Shown here one piece after another: positions 28,250 through 36,774 of a stretch of 64,000 nt of DNA. Below the pieces are notes generated by a model, which was not told the origin of the DNA, did no database searches, and saw only the letters and a program-made list of their open reading frames with translations. Position numbers and translations under genes: made by a program. Position 1 is the first letter of the stretch. Every line of letters starts with the position of its first letter. The stretch spans positions 2,703-66,702 of the forward strand of contig JAZDEO010000028.1 of assembly GCA_043808705.1 (NCBI GenBank), read 5' to 3'. The stretch comes from an archaeon (GTDB taxonomy: Archaea; Nanobdellota; Nanobdellia; SCGC-AAA011-G17; GW2011-AR20).

Positions 28250-30070
28250 TTAGAAATCATTTTCTGTTTCACTTAAACTAAATTCAAAATCTTTAGTTTC
28301 TTCATTTATATCTTCACTTATGTTATCTATGTTTGCTGATTCTTGTAATATTCCTAATTTTATAAAATTAAATGAATCTTGTGCATATATTGTTGCGTTT
28401 ACAGCATCATAATCCCCTAAATATGCTCTTAATGTGTATGTTCCTGCTGGAGCTCCTCTTGGTACTGTAAATGTTCTATCTCTATTTATTGAAGATCCTG
28501 CTGGTAATTGAAAATTGTTTATTGGTCCTAGAATAGGCCCATATACTAGACCAGAGGGCAAAATTATATTAACCCAGATATCTACTCTTGATGGTGTTGT
28601 TTCATAATTACCTGCTGCTATATTATAATTTAATCTTCCACCTGAAGGAGGAAATATTGTTGATCCTATAGGATTTACATCAACCCATACATCTGGATAA
28701 TTTAATCCATAGAATGGAAGCCATCTAATCTGTACAGTATTTCCAGATAAATATTCCCATATTACTTTAGATCCTAAGTCAGATATTGATGAAGTTCTTT
28801 GCTCATCTACCACATTATTAGAACCGCTCATTAATTCAGGAGTGCTCCATGTAATTCCTGCATCTTGTGTTATTGTTTTGTATAAATGATTATTTTTTAC
28901 AAATGTTGCCACAAAAGTATTTCCTGAAATATGTTTTAATTGAGGATTACTTTCTCTATCATCAGATGCTGCTACAGTGCTTGTTGCAAGTGAATTTATA
29001 CTACCTGTAGTTGTATTTCTAAATGCTATAATGTCTGTTTCAGAAGGATTTGTTGAGTTATAGACCTCTGCTAAAATTAATAATTTATTATCTTCAGCTG
29101 CTACAACTGGATTTCTTATATTAAGTTGAGGTGTTGTATAAGACCAGGCATAAGCACTCATATAAGGATATCCATTGCCGTGAGTCATTGAATACCAATC
29201 TGCCTTTATTATGAGCAGTTTCCATTTATTTGTAGTTGTATTATACCAATACCAATCATATACTGAATATGTTTTCTGCTGTGTATGATCTATATCTGAG
29301 GATGTTGAATTACAGTTGTTGTATGATACATAATATCTCAGCCATGAATAACCTGTACTATTGAATTGATAGAAGATTGTTGGTGCATTTACTAGTAAGG
29401 GTCCAAAACTAGAATTTATATGACTAATTACAACTGATTGAAAGCCCCAGGCCCAGTCATCAGAACTATTGTCTACTGCTATATCATTCATGGTCATATT
29501 AGTCCAGTTTTGGTTTATCCAGGGCCAGTATGCTGCCCAGTATCTGTCATTAGATGAGTTTGTAATATTCTTGTAATAATACTGAAGCCAGATATTGCCT
29601 CCTGAGCCAGACTCTTTTGGAGTCACCCAGGTACCATAAAAGGCATGTTCCTGATTATTTGGAAGATAGCCCCAATATTCTATACTTGGATAAGTGGCGT
29701 TTGGATATGCATTTATATTTAAGTCTTGTATTTGTCCATCATTGCTATAAGAAATTAATTTCATCATTTTACTATTTGTAATATCATTATATTCTTCGTA
29801 CATCTTTATTAAATAATTATTTCCAGTATTTCCAGAATCAGCTAATGCTGGATGTTTACTATTTATTGAATCAACAATAGAAGATTCAAATTTCTGTTCT
29901 ATTCTTTGTATCTGCATTAGAGATTTACCTGTTTTTGAGTTATCTGCTTCTTCTCCCACTAATGTTAAATCTTGGTTAATATTCATTGAATGAACATTTA
30001 AGCTAAGAACTAAAGTTATTATAAAAAATAGAGTTATTAATACACTGTAGTTTATTTTCATATCTTTCAT
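28250..30070 (-). CDS. large secreted protein with at least one BNR/Asp-box (sialidase-like beta-propeller?)
   Basis: Signal peptide; TQDAGITWS Asp-box (SxDxGxTW). Confidence 0.4.
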   Translation of the reverse strand: MKDMKINYSVLITLFFIITLVLSLNVHSMNINQDLTLVGEEADNSKTGKSLMQIQRIEQKFESSIVDSINSKHPALADSGNTGNNYLIKMYEEYNDITNSKMMKLISYSNDGQIQDLNINAYPNATYPSIEYWGYLPNNQEHAFYGTWVTPKESGSGGNIWLQYYYKNITNSSNDRYWAAYWPWINQNWTNMTMNDIAVDNSSDDWAWGFQSVVISHINSSFGPLLVNAPTIFYQFNSTGYSWLRYYVSYNNCNSTSSDIDHTQQKTYSVYDWYWYNTTTNKWKLLIIKADWYSMTHGNGYPYMSAYAWSYTTPQLNIRNPVVAAEDNKLLILAEVYNSTNPSETDIIAFRNTTTGSINSLATSTVAASDDRESNPQLKHISGNTFVATFVKNNHLYKTITQDAGITWSTPELMSGSNNVVDEQRTSSISDLGSKVIWEYLSGNTVQIRWLPFYGLNYPDVWVDVNPIGSTIFPPSGGRLNYNIAAGNYETTPSRVDIWVNIILPSGLVYGPILGPINNFQLPAGSSINRDRTFTVPRGAPAGTYTLRAYLGDYDAVNATIYAQDSFNFIKLGILQESANIDNISEDINEETKDFEFSLSETENDF

Positions 30071-30184
30071 ATAAATGCCCCTGTTGATATTATAAATTTA
30101 TTATTGATAAACAATCAAATGCTTTTGTGTCATATGTTTTATATAAATACTTTATTATTGTCTAGTATAATATAATTTTTGCGA

Positions 30185-30300
30185 TTAATGGCTCTGGTGC
30201 AACCCTATTTACATCACGACGGTTAGATTTTATGCGAACATTTTGTTTATCTTCGAAACTACAAAAGGGTTGCACCAGAGCCCGATTAATATTAAAAAAG
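30185..30300. repeat. ~115-bp element with ~20-bp near-perfect terminal inverted repeats (MITE-like or structured RNA)
   Basis: TTAATGGCTCTGGTGCAACCCT (30185-30206) pairs with AGGGTTGCACCAGAGCCCGATTAAT (30276-30300). GC content is raised locally. Confidence 0.55.
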
Positions 30301-30325
30301 TTGAAATATTTTTTTATTTTAATTA

Positions 30326-30403
30326 TCCTAATCGAGTAGTAACAGAAAACCTTAAAATACTTAAAAACCATTAAAAAGCTGAGTTAAAATGTCCTTAAAA
30401 AAC
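30326..30403 (+). promoter_or_regulatory. Orphan copy of the metalloprotease promoter module plus first 5 codons (ATGTCCTTAAAAAAC), then diverges and stops early
   Basis: ~75 nt near-identical to 36703-36789 (AGTAGTAACAGAAAACCTTAAA(A)TACTTAAAAACCATTAAAAA…TTAAAATGTCCTTAAAAAA). Confidence 0.6.
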
Positions 30404-30407
30404 AAGC

Positions 30408-31670
30408 TTAATTGGTTTTTATTTTTTCTAAACTATAAGGCAATATTAAAGAATATTCAATATCTTTTTGTGTATTTAGATTAATTAAGTACTTCTTTTT
30501 AGTTTTAGGATATTCTTTCATAAAAGCGTCAAGACCATTGAAATCATCAGATTTTATATTTTGTTTAAACTTTACTTCTAAAGGTATTTGTAAGCTTATA
30601 TTGTCTATAATAAAATCTACTTCAGTTTTATTTTTGTCCTGCCAAAATTTTATATTTTTGATACCCTTTTTTATTAGTTCAGAAAGCACAAAACCCTCAA
30701 ATAAAAAACCAATATCATTCCTTAAGGAGATTTCATTAAAATTCTTAATAAAAAAGTTTCTAACACCATTATCAATAAAATATACTTTTGGGATCTTTAC
30801 AAGTTCTTTATTTTTATTGGTATAAAATGGTTTTAATAAATAAACAAGATATGTTTCTTTCAATATTTCTATATAATTTTTCACTTCTTTATATCTTAAT
30901 GAAAACTTTTCTGAGATTTCTTCATATTTAATCTTTTGACCGTGGTTTACAGCCAGGTATTCTATTAAATTTTTTATATCTAAAATCTTTTCTATGTGTA
31001 AGTAACTGATTAAGTCTTTTTTTGCATATAAGTCAAATATGCTTTCTAGAACTTCTATTTTTTCTTCTTTAGTGTTCTTTAAAACAACCCCAGGATATCC
31101 ACCAAAAATGAGAAATTCTTCTAATAAGTGATTTAATTCAGGTAATAAGATGTAAAGACCATCTCCCTCTAGATTTTTTGCATTATTTAGTTTTTCAATA
31201 ATCTTATCATCTTGTTTGAACCATAAAAATTCTTCAAAATCTAATGCAAAAAGCTCGTTTACTTTTTTTCTGCCAGCAAGACTTTCCTGTACTTGGTCTT
31301 TTATAACCAAAGATGAAGAACTGGAGGCATAAATCTTTATATTATCAAAATTATCATAAACATTCTTCATAATATTTGCAAGATTAATATATTTTTGGAA
31401 TTCGTCCAAGAATAAATAATAAAAATCCTTTTCACTTTCTTTATAACCATTTAGCTTTAGAGTATTAATTAAATTTTCAAAGGTACTTATTTTTTCATAA
31501 TTGGATAGAATATCCAAATCAAGAAAAAGGCATTTGTTAGTTTTTGAAAGCTCTTTATAAAGCTCTTTTAATAATGTTGTTTTTCCAACCTGTCTTGGAC
31601 CTAAAATTATAGATATCTTTTTATCTTTTCTTTGTTCTTTTATCCTTTCAAACAGTTTTCTTGGTAGCAT
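30408..31670 (-). CDS. AAA+ ATPase (AAA_14 + DUF4143 family), paralog 1
   Basis: Walker A ILGPRQVGKTTLLKEL; paralogous to 31867-33126 and 35299-36687. Confidence 0.75.
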   Translation of the reverse strand: MLPRKLFERIKEQRKDKKISIILGPRQVGKTTLLKELYKELSKTNKCLFLDLDILSNYEKISTFENLINTLKLNGYKESEKDFYYLFLDEFQKYINLANIMKNVYDNFDNIKIYASSSSSLVIKDQVQESLAGRKKVNELFALDFEEFLWFKQDDKIIEKLNNAKNLEGDGLYILLPELNHLLEEFLIFGGYPGVVLKNTKEEKIEVLESIFDLYAKKDLISYLHIEKILDIKNLIEYLAVNHGQKIKYEEISEKFSLRYKEVKNYIEILKETYLVYLLKPFYTNKNKELVKIPKVYFIDNGVRNFFIKNFNEISLRNDIGFLFEGFVLSELIKKGIKNIKFWQDKNKTEVDFIIDNISLQIPLEVKFKQNIKSDDFNGLDAFMKEYPKTKKKYLINLNTQKDIEYSLILPYSLEKIKTN

Positions 31671-31810
31671 TTTGTGTTTTTGTTTGTATTTTTATTCTAA
31701 ATTACATCTTTCTTTATTCTAGAGTACTCTAAAATTACTAAATATAGAATAATAGAGTACTATATAAACCTTTCCCTTTTCATATTTTTATTGTTCTATT
31801 TTATATTATC

Positions 31811-31850
31811 CCAACAAAGTAGTAACAGAAAACCTTAAATACTAATATTA
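31811..31850 (+). promoter_or_regulatory. AGTAGTAACAGAAAACCTTAAATAC promoter-module copy (orphan) between AAA paralogs
   Basis: Matches the module at 30334, 36712, and (reverse complement) 44217; a diverged copy is at 33207. Confidence 0.5.
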
Positions 31851-31866
31851 GAAATTATATAGTTAA

Positions 31867-33126
31867 TTATATTGTTGTTTTGTTTAATAATACAAAATAA
31901 AATGGTATAACTTTAATTGTTTTATCTTCAAAATTTATCTCTTGTTTTTTGTTATAACTGATTATGTATCCTATCTTAATATTAAATTTCTTCATGAATT
32001 TTTTTAAACCATCAATATCTATCTTTCCATATTTTATTTCTATAGGTTTTATTATCCCTTTATCCATTTTTATTATGTCTACCTCATTTTTTGATGTATC
32101 TATATAAAAGAATTCAGCTTCTAATTGAATTACAATAAAGTTCTCAAAGGCTTTTGATATTTTTTCAGAGTCTATTAAATCGGGATGTATTATTGAACAA
32201 TAGAACTTCTTTGACTTCTTTTCTGTTTTTCTTATGTTTCTTGAAAAATTATAAAGTTTTCTTATTAAGAAAGAATCCTCAAGATACCTTAAATACAAGC
32301 TTAATGTTTGCCTGGATACAGATAACTCTGAACTTAGCTTGCTTATTTCTATAATTTGTCCTGGATTTAACATTATTATTCTTACTATCTTATCAAGTAA
32401 ATCAATATCCTTAATATCAAAAATTTCGGGAATATCTTTATAGATTATCTTTTCGATTATGCTTTCTTTTAGATATTTTTTGCATGTTTCTATATCTTCA
32501 TTTATTAACTCTGGAAAGCCGTTTGTGATTATATACTGCCTGAATAGATTTAATATATCTCTTTCATACAGTTCTAGATTTTCTCCAATCTTAATATTTT
32601 TAAAAGATATAAATTCTTTAAAGCTTAAAGGTTTTATACTAAATTCATAGAATCTACCTGCGAGACTCTCTCTAGATTTCTTTCTTATAAATAGAGATTC
32701 AGAACCAGAAATTATAAATTTTATATTAGGATAGTTATCATAATATCTTTTTATTTGTTCTTCCCAGTTTTCTAATTTTTGTATTTCATCAAAAAAGAAA
32801 ATATATTTTTCACTTTCAATATTTTTTCCAAATATGTCACAATAAGCTTCTATTACTTCTCTTATTTTAACATCATTAAAATAATCAAAAGAGAAATATA
32901 CAACATTTTCTTTGTTTAGAATTTTTAAATTCTCTTCTATTATTTTAAACATTATTGTTGTTTTTCCTACCCTTCTTAAACCTGTAAGTGCAATAATCTG
33001 TCTTTTATCAATAAATTTTTTTATTTCACCATAAATCTCTCTTGATTTAAACTCTATAGAGAAATCTTTAGTCCACCATTTATTAACATCTCTAAATGCT
33101 GATTTTATATCACTTATTTCTTGCAT
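31867..33126 (-). CDS. AAA+ ATPase (DUF4143 family), paralog 2
   Basis: Walker A LTGLRRVGKTTIMFKI; paralog. Confidence 0.75.
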   Translation of the reverse strand: MQEISDIKSAFRDVNKWWTKDFSIEFKSREIYGEIKKFIDKRQIIALTGLRRVGKTTIMFKIIEENLKILNKENVVYFSFDYFNDVKIREVIEAYCDIFGKNIESEKYIFFFDEIQKLENWEEQIKRYYDNYPNIKFIISGSESLFIRKKSRESLAGRFYEFSIKPLSFKEFISFKNIKIGENLELYERDILNLFRQYIITNGFPELINEDIETCKKYLKESIIEKIIYKDIPEIFDIKDIDLLDKIVRIIMLNPGQIIEISKLSSELSVSRQTLSLYLRYLEDSFLIRKLYNFSRNIRKTEKKSKKFYCSIIHPDLIDSEKISKAFENFIVIQLEAEFFYIDTSKNEVDIIKMDKGIIKPIEIKYGKIDIDGLKKFMKKFNIKIGYIISYNKKQEINFEDKTIKVIPFYFVLLNKTTI

Positions 33127-33245
33127 CTTATAATTAACTTATTATTAATAATATGTTAAGTGTGATTAACATATTTAAATGTTTCTATTTTATATCATTA
33201 TAATCAAGTAGTAACAGAGAAGATTATATAGTTAAAAAGAATAAA

Positions 33246-33270
33246 GAGCGAGAAAATTTTGTGCCTAAGC
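33246..33270 (+). repeat. Repeat A (GAGCGAGAAAATTNTGTGCCTARGC), copy 1
   Basis: Copies at 33246, 33997, 40366, 41391 (partial) and 46891. Confidence 0.7.
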
Positions 33271-33329
33271 CGTCAAGTTACAATTAAAACAATAAACATT
33301 TAAATATGTAAATTAATGTATTCAGTAAG

Positions 33330-33617
33330 ATGAAATACTATATTAAAACAATCAAGTTAAAGGCTTTGCCTGTATTAAAGAAGTATAATATAGCTAGAGC
33401 CGGTATATTCGGAAGTTATGCTAGAGGAGACTATAAAAAGAATAGTGATGTAGATATGTTAATTGAAGTTAAAGATGGTTTCAGTTTACTTGACTTAATT
33501 GGTTTAGAAATGGAACTTAAGAAAATTTTAAAGAAGAAGGTTGATTTATTGACATATGGTTGTATTCATCCTTTATTGAAGGAAAAAATATTAAATGAAG
33601 AGATAAGGATAATATGA
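33330..33617 (+). CDS. minimal nucleotidyltransferase (MNT) antitoxin-type
   Basis: GIFGSYARGDYKKNSDVDMLIEV motif (GS…D.D). Confidence 0.8.
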   Translation: MKYYIKTIKLKALPVLKKYNIARAGIFGSYARGDYKKNSDVDMLIEVKDGFSLLDLIGLEMELKKILKKKVDLLTYGCIHPLLKEKILNEEIRII

Positions 33618-33976
33618 AAAAGGACCCATTAATTTTTATTAGTCATGTTTCAGATAGTATAAACAATATAGAATCATTCTCTAAAAATTTATCTAAAGAT
33701 AAGTTTATTAAAGATAAATTAAGACAAAGTGCGATTATAAGGCAACTAGAAATAATTGGAGAGGCAACAAAAAATCTCCCTTTGGAATTTAGAAAAAAAT
33801 ATCCTGAAACCAAGTGGAAGGAAATTGCTGGGTTAAGAGACAAAATAACCCACCACTATTTTGGCATTAATTTGAATATTGTCTGGGAGGTTGTTGAAAA
33901 GGATATACCTAAATTAAAAGAGAATATCAAAAATATTTTAGATGATTTAAAAGAAGAGAATTCTAATAAAACTTAA
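33614..33976 (+). CDS. HEPN (DUF86) toxin-type protein
   Basis: RDKITHHYFGINLNIVWEVV (Rx4-6H HEPN motif); overlaps the MNT stop. Confidence 0.8.
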   Translation: MKKDPLIFISHVSDSINNIESFSKNLSKDKFIKDKLRQSAIIRQLEIIGEATKNLPLEFRKKYPETKWKEIAGLRDKITHHYFGINLNIVWEVVEKDIPKLKENIKNILDDLKEENSNKT

Positions 33977-33996
33977 TAAGAAAACTTACAATTAAT

Positions 33997-34021
33997 GAGC
34001 GAGAAAATTTTGTGCCTAGGC
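33997..34021 (+). repeat. Repeat A, copy 2
   Basis: GAGCGAGAAAATTTTGTGCCTAGGC. Confidence 0.7.
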
Positions 34022-34105
34022 TGTTTAGTTTTTAGTAATAGAAGATTGTTCCGAAAAGTTTATAAGTAAGATGTAGTTTACATATCTTACAATAGGAGGT
34101 AAAAA

Positions 34106-34378
34106 ATGCAAGTTGAATTAACTAGAATATCTGAAAAAGGACAGGTTGTAATTCCAAGTTCATTAAGAAAAGAAATGGGAATAAATAAATCAGACCAGTT
34201 TATGATATTTGGAGAAGATGGTACTTTAATCCTAAAGAAAATAGAGAAACCAGTTATAAAAAAGAGTTTTGATGAAATAGCAAAACCTTTAAGGATGATT
34301 GCTGAAAAAACAGGATTGACAAAGAAAGATTTAGAAAAAGCTATTAGAGATGTAAGAAATGTTAAGAATAGTTCTTGA
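34106..34378 (+). CDS. vapB: AbrB/SpoVT/MazE-family antitoxin (VapB-like)
   Basis: ISEKGQVVIPSSLRKEMGI swapped-hairpin motif. Confidence 0.75.
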   Translation: MQVELTRISEKGQVVIPSSLRKEMGINKSDQFMIFGEDGTLILKKIEKPVIKKSFDEIAKPLRMIAEKTGLTKKDLEKAIRDVRNVKNSS

Positions 34379-34781
34379 TACAAATGTTTTAGTGTCTGCT
34401 TTCTTTTGGGATGGTAATGAAGCAGAGTTATTTAGAAAAATAGAAGAAAAAAAGGTAGTTCTTCTTATTTCTCAAGAGATTTTAAAAGAGCTTGAAGATG
34501 TTCTTAACAGACCCAAATTTAAAGAGATCATGATTAAGTCTAATATCAATTCAAATGAGATTATACAAAAGATAATTTCAGTTTCACATCTTGTTATTGG
34601 AAATAAACTAAATATCTCTATTTGCAGAGATGAAAAAGACAACAAATTTTTAGAGTGTGCTGAACACGCTAAAGCTGATTATATTGTAAGTGGAGATAGA
34701 GATTTACTTGTTTTAAAACAATATATTAATATTAAAATAGTAAAGACATCTGAAATATTAAAGATAATAACAGTTATATAA
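34359..34781 (+). CDS. vapC: PIN-domain toxin VapC
   Basis: RIVLDTNVLVSAF…VSGDRDLL acidic PIN residues; overlaps vapB. Confidence 0.8.
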   Translation: MLRIVLDTNVLVSAFFWDGNEAELFRKIEEKKVVLLISQEILKELEDVLNRPKFKEIMIKSNINSNEIIQKIISVSHLVIGNKLNISICRDEKDNKFLECAEHAKADYIVSGDRDLLVLKQYINIKIVKTSEILKIITVI

Positions 34782-34784
34782 AAT

Positions 34785-34991
34785 ATGAAATTTGAATATG
34801 ATAAAGAAGTAGATGCCGGGTATATTTATTTAGAGCATCCTATAAAAGAAGGCGGGGTTAAAAAAACAATAGAACTAAATGATAATATAATTCTTGATTT
34901 TGATGAAAAAGGGAAACTTCTTGGTGTTGAAATCTTAAACGCAAGTAAAGTTCTTAATAAGAAAACACTTTTTGAAGCTCAACCAGCTTAA
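34785..34991 (+). CDS. DUF2283-family small protein (TA-associated)
   Basis: …YDKEVDAGYIYLE… typical DUF2283 N-terminus. Confidence 0.55.
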   Translation: MKFEYDKEVDAGYIYLEHPIKEGGVKKTIELNDNIILDFDEKGKLLGVEILNASKVLNKKTLFEAQPA

Positions 34992-34995
34992 TAAT

Positions 34996-35060
34996 TCTAT
35001 CGTCGTTAAAAAGCGACTCCAAAAAGAGGAGCTTTTTGCTTTAAAGAAAAAATATTTAAA
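34996..35060. terminator. Repeat B: bulged hairpin flanked by A- and T-runs on either strand (bidirectional terminator-like), copy 1
   Basis: ATCGTCGTTAAAAAGCGACTCCAAAAAGAGGAGCTTTTTGCTTTAAAGAAAAAA; copies at 34996, 41412 and 46916. Confidence 0.5.
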
Positions 35061-35069
35061 AGAAAATTA

Positions 35070-35230
35070 AAATTTTATTGGTTGTTTCCCTGCGACCAGC
35101 CCCCACCACCAGAACTGGAATATATAATAATATTCTGCCAGTTATAATAATTTATCATAAAAGATGTCCAATAACAACAAGATTCTTCATAAGGTAGAGT
35201 AAAAACAACATCCAGAATTTTGTACATAAC
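35070..35230 (-). pseudogene. 3'-terminal fragment of a paralog of the Cys-rich surface protein gene (…SSGGGGWSQG-like end)
   Basis: GCGACCAGCCCCCACCACCAGAACTGGAATA… aligns with the 3' end of 47004-48920 (47010-47140). Confidence 0.45.
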
Positions 35231-35285
35231 TTAAAAGGTTATTTTAAAGTAAGAAACTACTTTTCTTCAAAACTTCCTTTACTGC
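35213..35285. repeat. Repeat C (ATTTTGTACATAACTTAAA…TTAAAGTAAGAAAC…TTCTTCAAAACTTCCTTT), copy 1
   Basis: Second copy at 41478-41550. Confidence 0.55.
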
Positions 35286-35298
35286 AGTCTTAAATGAT

Positions 35299-36687
35299 CT
35301 ATTCTAATAACCATTTCCATAAAGGAATAAACTGTATTCCCTGCTCTTCTTTTTCCAAATCTTTCGTAATAACAATCAGTTCTTTTGTCTTATTAAACTT
35401 ATTTTTAAAGTCCAGTAAACTATTTATCTCTCTCTCATCTATTTTATTAGTGTAAGAAACATTAATGGCTGTTAAACTCTGGTCTTTATTCTTTATAACA
35501 AAATCAACTTCATACTTATCTTTCCAGTAATATACATCAAGTTCCTTTCTTCTTAGTTCTATGAATACAAGGTTTTCAACAAGCTTTCCCTCATCCTTAG
35601 AAAATTTAAATGAAACCGCATTTCTTAATCCATTATCTATACAGTATATTTTTCTTGGTTTTTGAATCATAATTGATTCTTTTAAAGAATAAGAAAAATA
35701 CTTTAACTGAAATATCAAATAAGCTTCTTCTAAGTAATTTAAATACTCTCTTAGACTATTAATATTAATACCAATATTTTTAGATATCTTATTGTAACTA
35801 AATTCTGTAGATATATTAGTTATGGTATAATAAGCTAATTCTGTTAATTTTCCCATTTCCCTAACATTTTTTGATTTGACTATATCTCTAAATAAAATAC
35901 CATCAAAATATTCCTTTAATCTTTTATTATTTATATCATCATTATTTTCCAATACAACCTCTGGAAATCCGCCTTTGTTTAAATAATCTAAGAGATAATG
36001 CTTTATTTCCTCTTTTTGTAGTATCATGCTATCTATCTTAACTTGATTAAAATTAAGAAATTCTTTAAAAAATAAAGGAAAGATTTGTTTTGTTAAAATT
36101 CTTCCAGTAAGTAATTTTAGTAAATTGCTTGAAAGCATAGAGCTATTTGAACCAGTAATAATAAATTTTATTTCGTTTCCATACATATCATAATATTTTT
36201 TAATCCACCTTTCCCATTCATTAATAACTTGTATTTCATCAAAGAAAACATATTTTCTACCTTTTGGATTATTTATTTCTAAAAATGTTGTAAATACTTG
36301 CTCAAGAACTTCAGTACTTTTATCTTGCAAAGGCTCATCAAAATTAAAGTATAATATATTTTTTGCATTTGTATTATTATTTATTAAATCATTAATTGTT
36401 TGATAAATAAATGTTGATTTTCCAGACCTTCTAACACCAGTTAATACTAGTATTTCCTTTGTTTTTATTAATTTAAGAATATCTTTTAAAATCTCTCCTC
36501 TTATTATCAATACCTTATTCTCTGGAACTTTTTTATATTCCCACCATACATTCCATTTTACAAGTAATTCTTTCATGTTTATTTCTTTCATACCAATAAT
36601 TAATAATTTGTTGCTTATAAATCTTTGCATTGTGATTAAAGGTTTACTATCAAAACTATCATTTATGATTAAAGGTTTATAAGACAT
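35299..36687 (-). CDS. AAA+ ATPase (DUF4143 family), paralog 3
   Basis: Walker A LTGVRRSGKSTFIYQ; paralog. Confidence 0.75.
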   Translation of the reverse strand: MSYKPLIINDSFDSKPLITMQRFISNKLLIIGMKEINMKELLVKWNVWWEYKKVPENKVLIIRGEILKDILKLIKTKEILVLTGVRRSGKSTFIYQTINDLINNNTNAKNILYFNFDEPLQDKSTEVLEQVFTTFLEINNPKGRKYVFFDEIQVINEWERWIKKYYDMYGNEIKFIITGSNSSMLSSNLLKLLTGRILTKQIFPLFFKEFLNFNQVKIDSMILQKEEIKHYLLDYLNKGGFPEVVLENNDDINNKRLKEYFDGILFRDIVKSKNVREMGKLTELAYYTITNISTEFSYNKISKNIGININSLREYLNYLEEAYLIFQLKYFSYSLKESIMIQKPRKIYCIDNGLRNAVSFKFSKDEGKLVENLVFIELRRKELDVYYWKDKYEVDFVIKNKDQSLTAINVSYTNKIDEREINSLLDFKNKFNKTKELIVITKDLEKEEQGIQFIPLWKWLLE

Positions 36688-36702
36688 ATTTTATATAATT
36701 AT

Positions 36703-36774
36703 CCTAATCAAGTAGTAACAGAAAACCTTAAATACTTAAAAACCATTAAAAATACAATTAAAAGGTTGATTAAA
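36703..36774 (+). promoter_or_regulatory. Metalloprotease promoter module (AGTAGTAACAGAAAACCTTAAATACTTAAAAACC…), full copy
   Basis: Directly upstream of the ATG at 36775. Similar module in reverse complement upstream of the paralog at 44174-44235. Confidence 0.55.

Noticed and set aside
30185-30300. Possible tRNA (GC-rich island in an AT-rich genome)
   Set aside because: A continuous ~20-bp terminal stem with a ~70-nt interior does not fit a cloverleaf. There are no recognisable D/T-loop motifs.
30162-30371. 69-aa ORF on the minus strand
   Set aside because: It lies entirely within the long inverted-repeat element and an orphan promoter copy; composition- and hairpin-driven, so I treat it as non-coding.
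36766-36774. TTG start (MIKM…) for the metalloprotease
   Set aside because: The ATG at 36775 (MSLKN…) is shared by both paralogs and by the orphan copy at 30385, so it is the real start.
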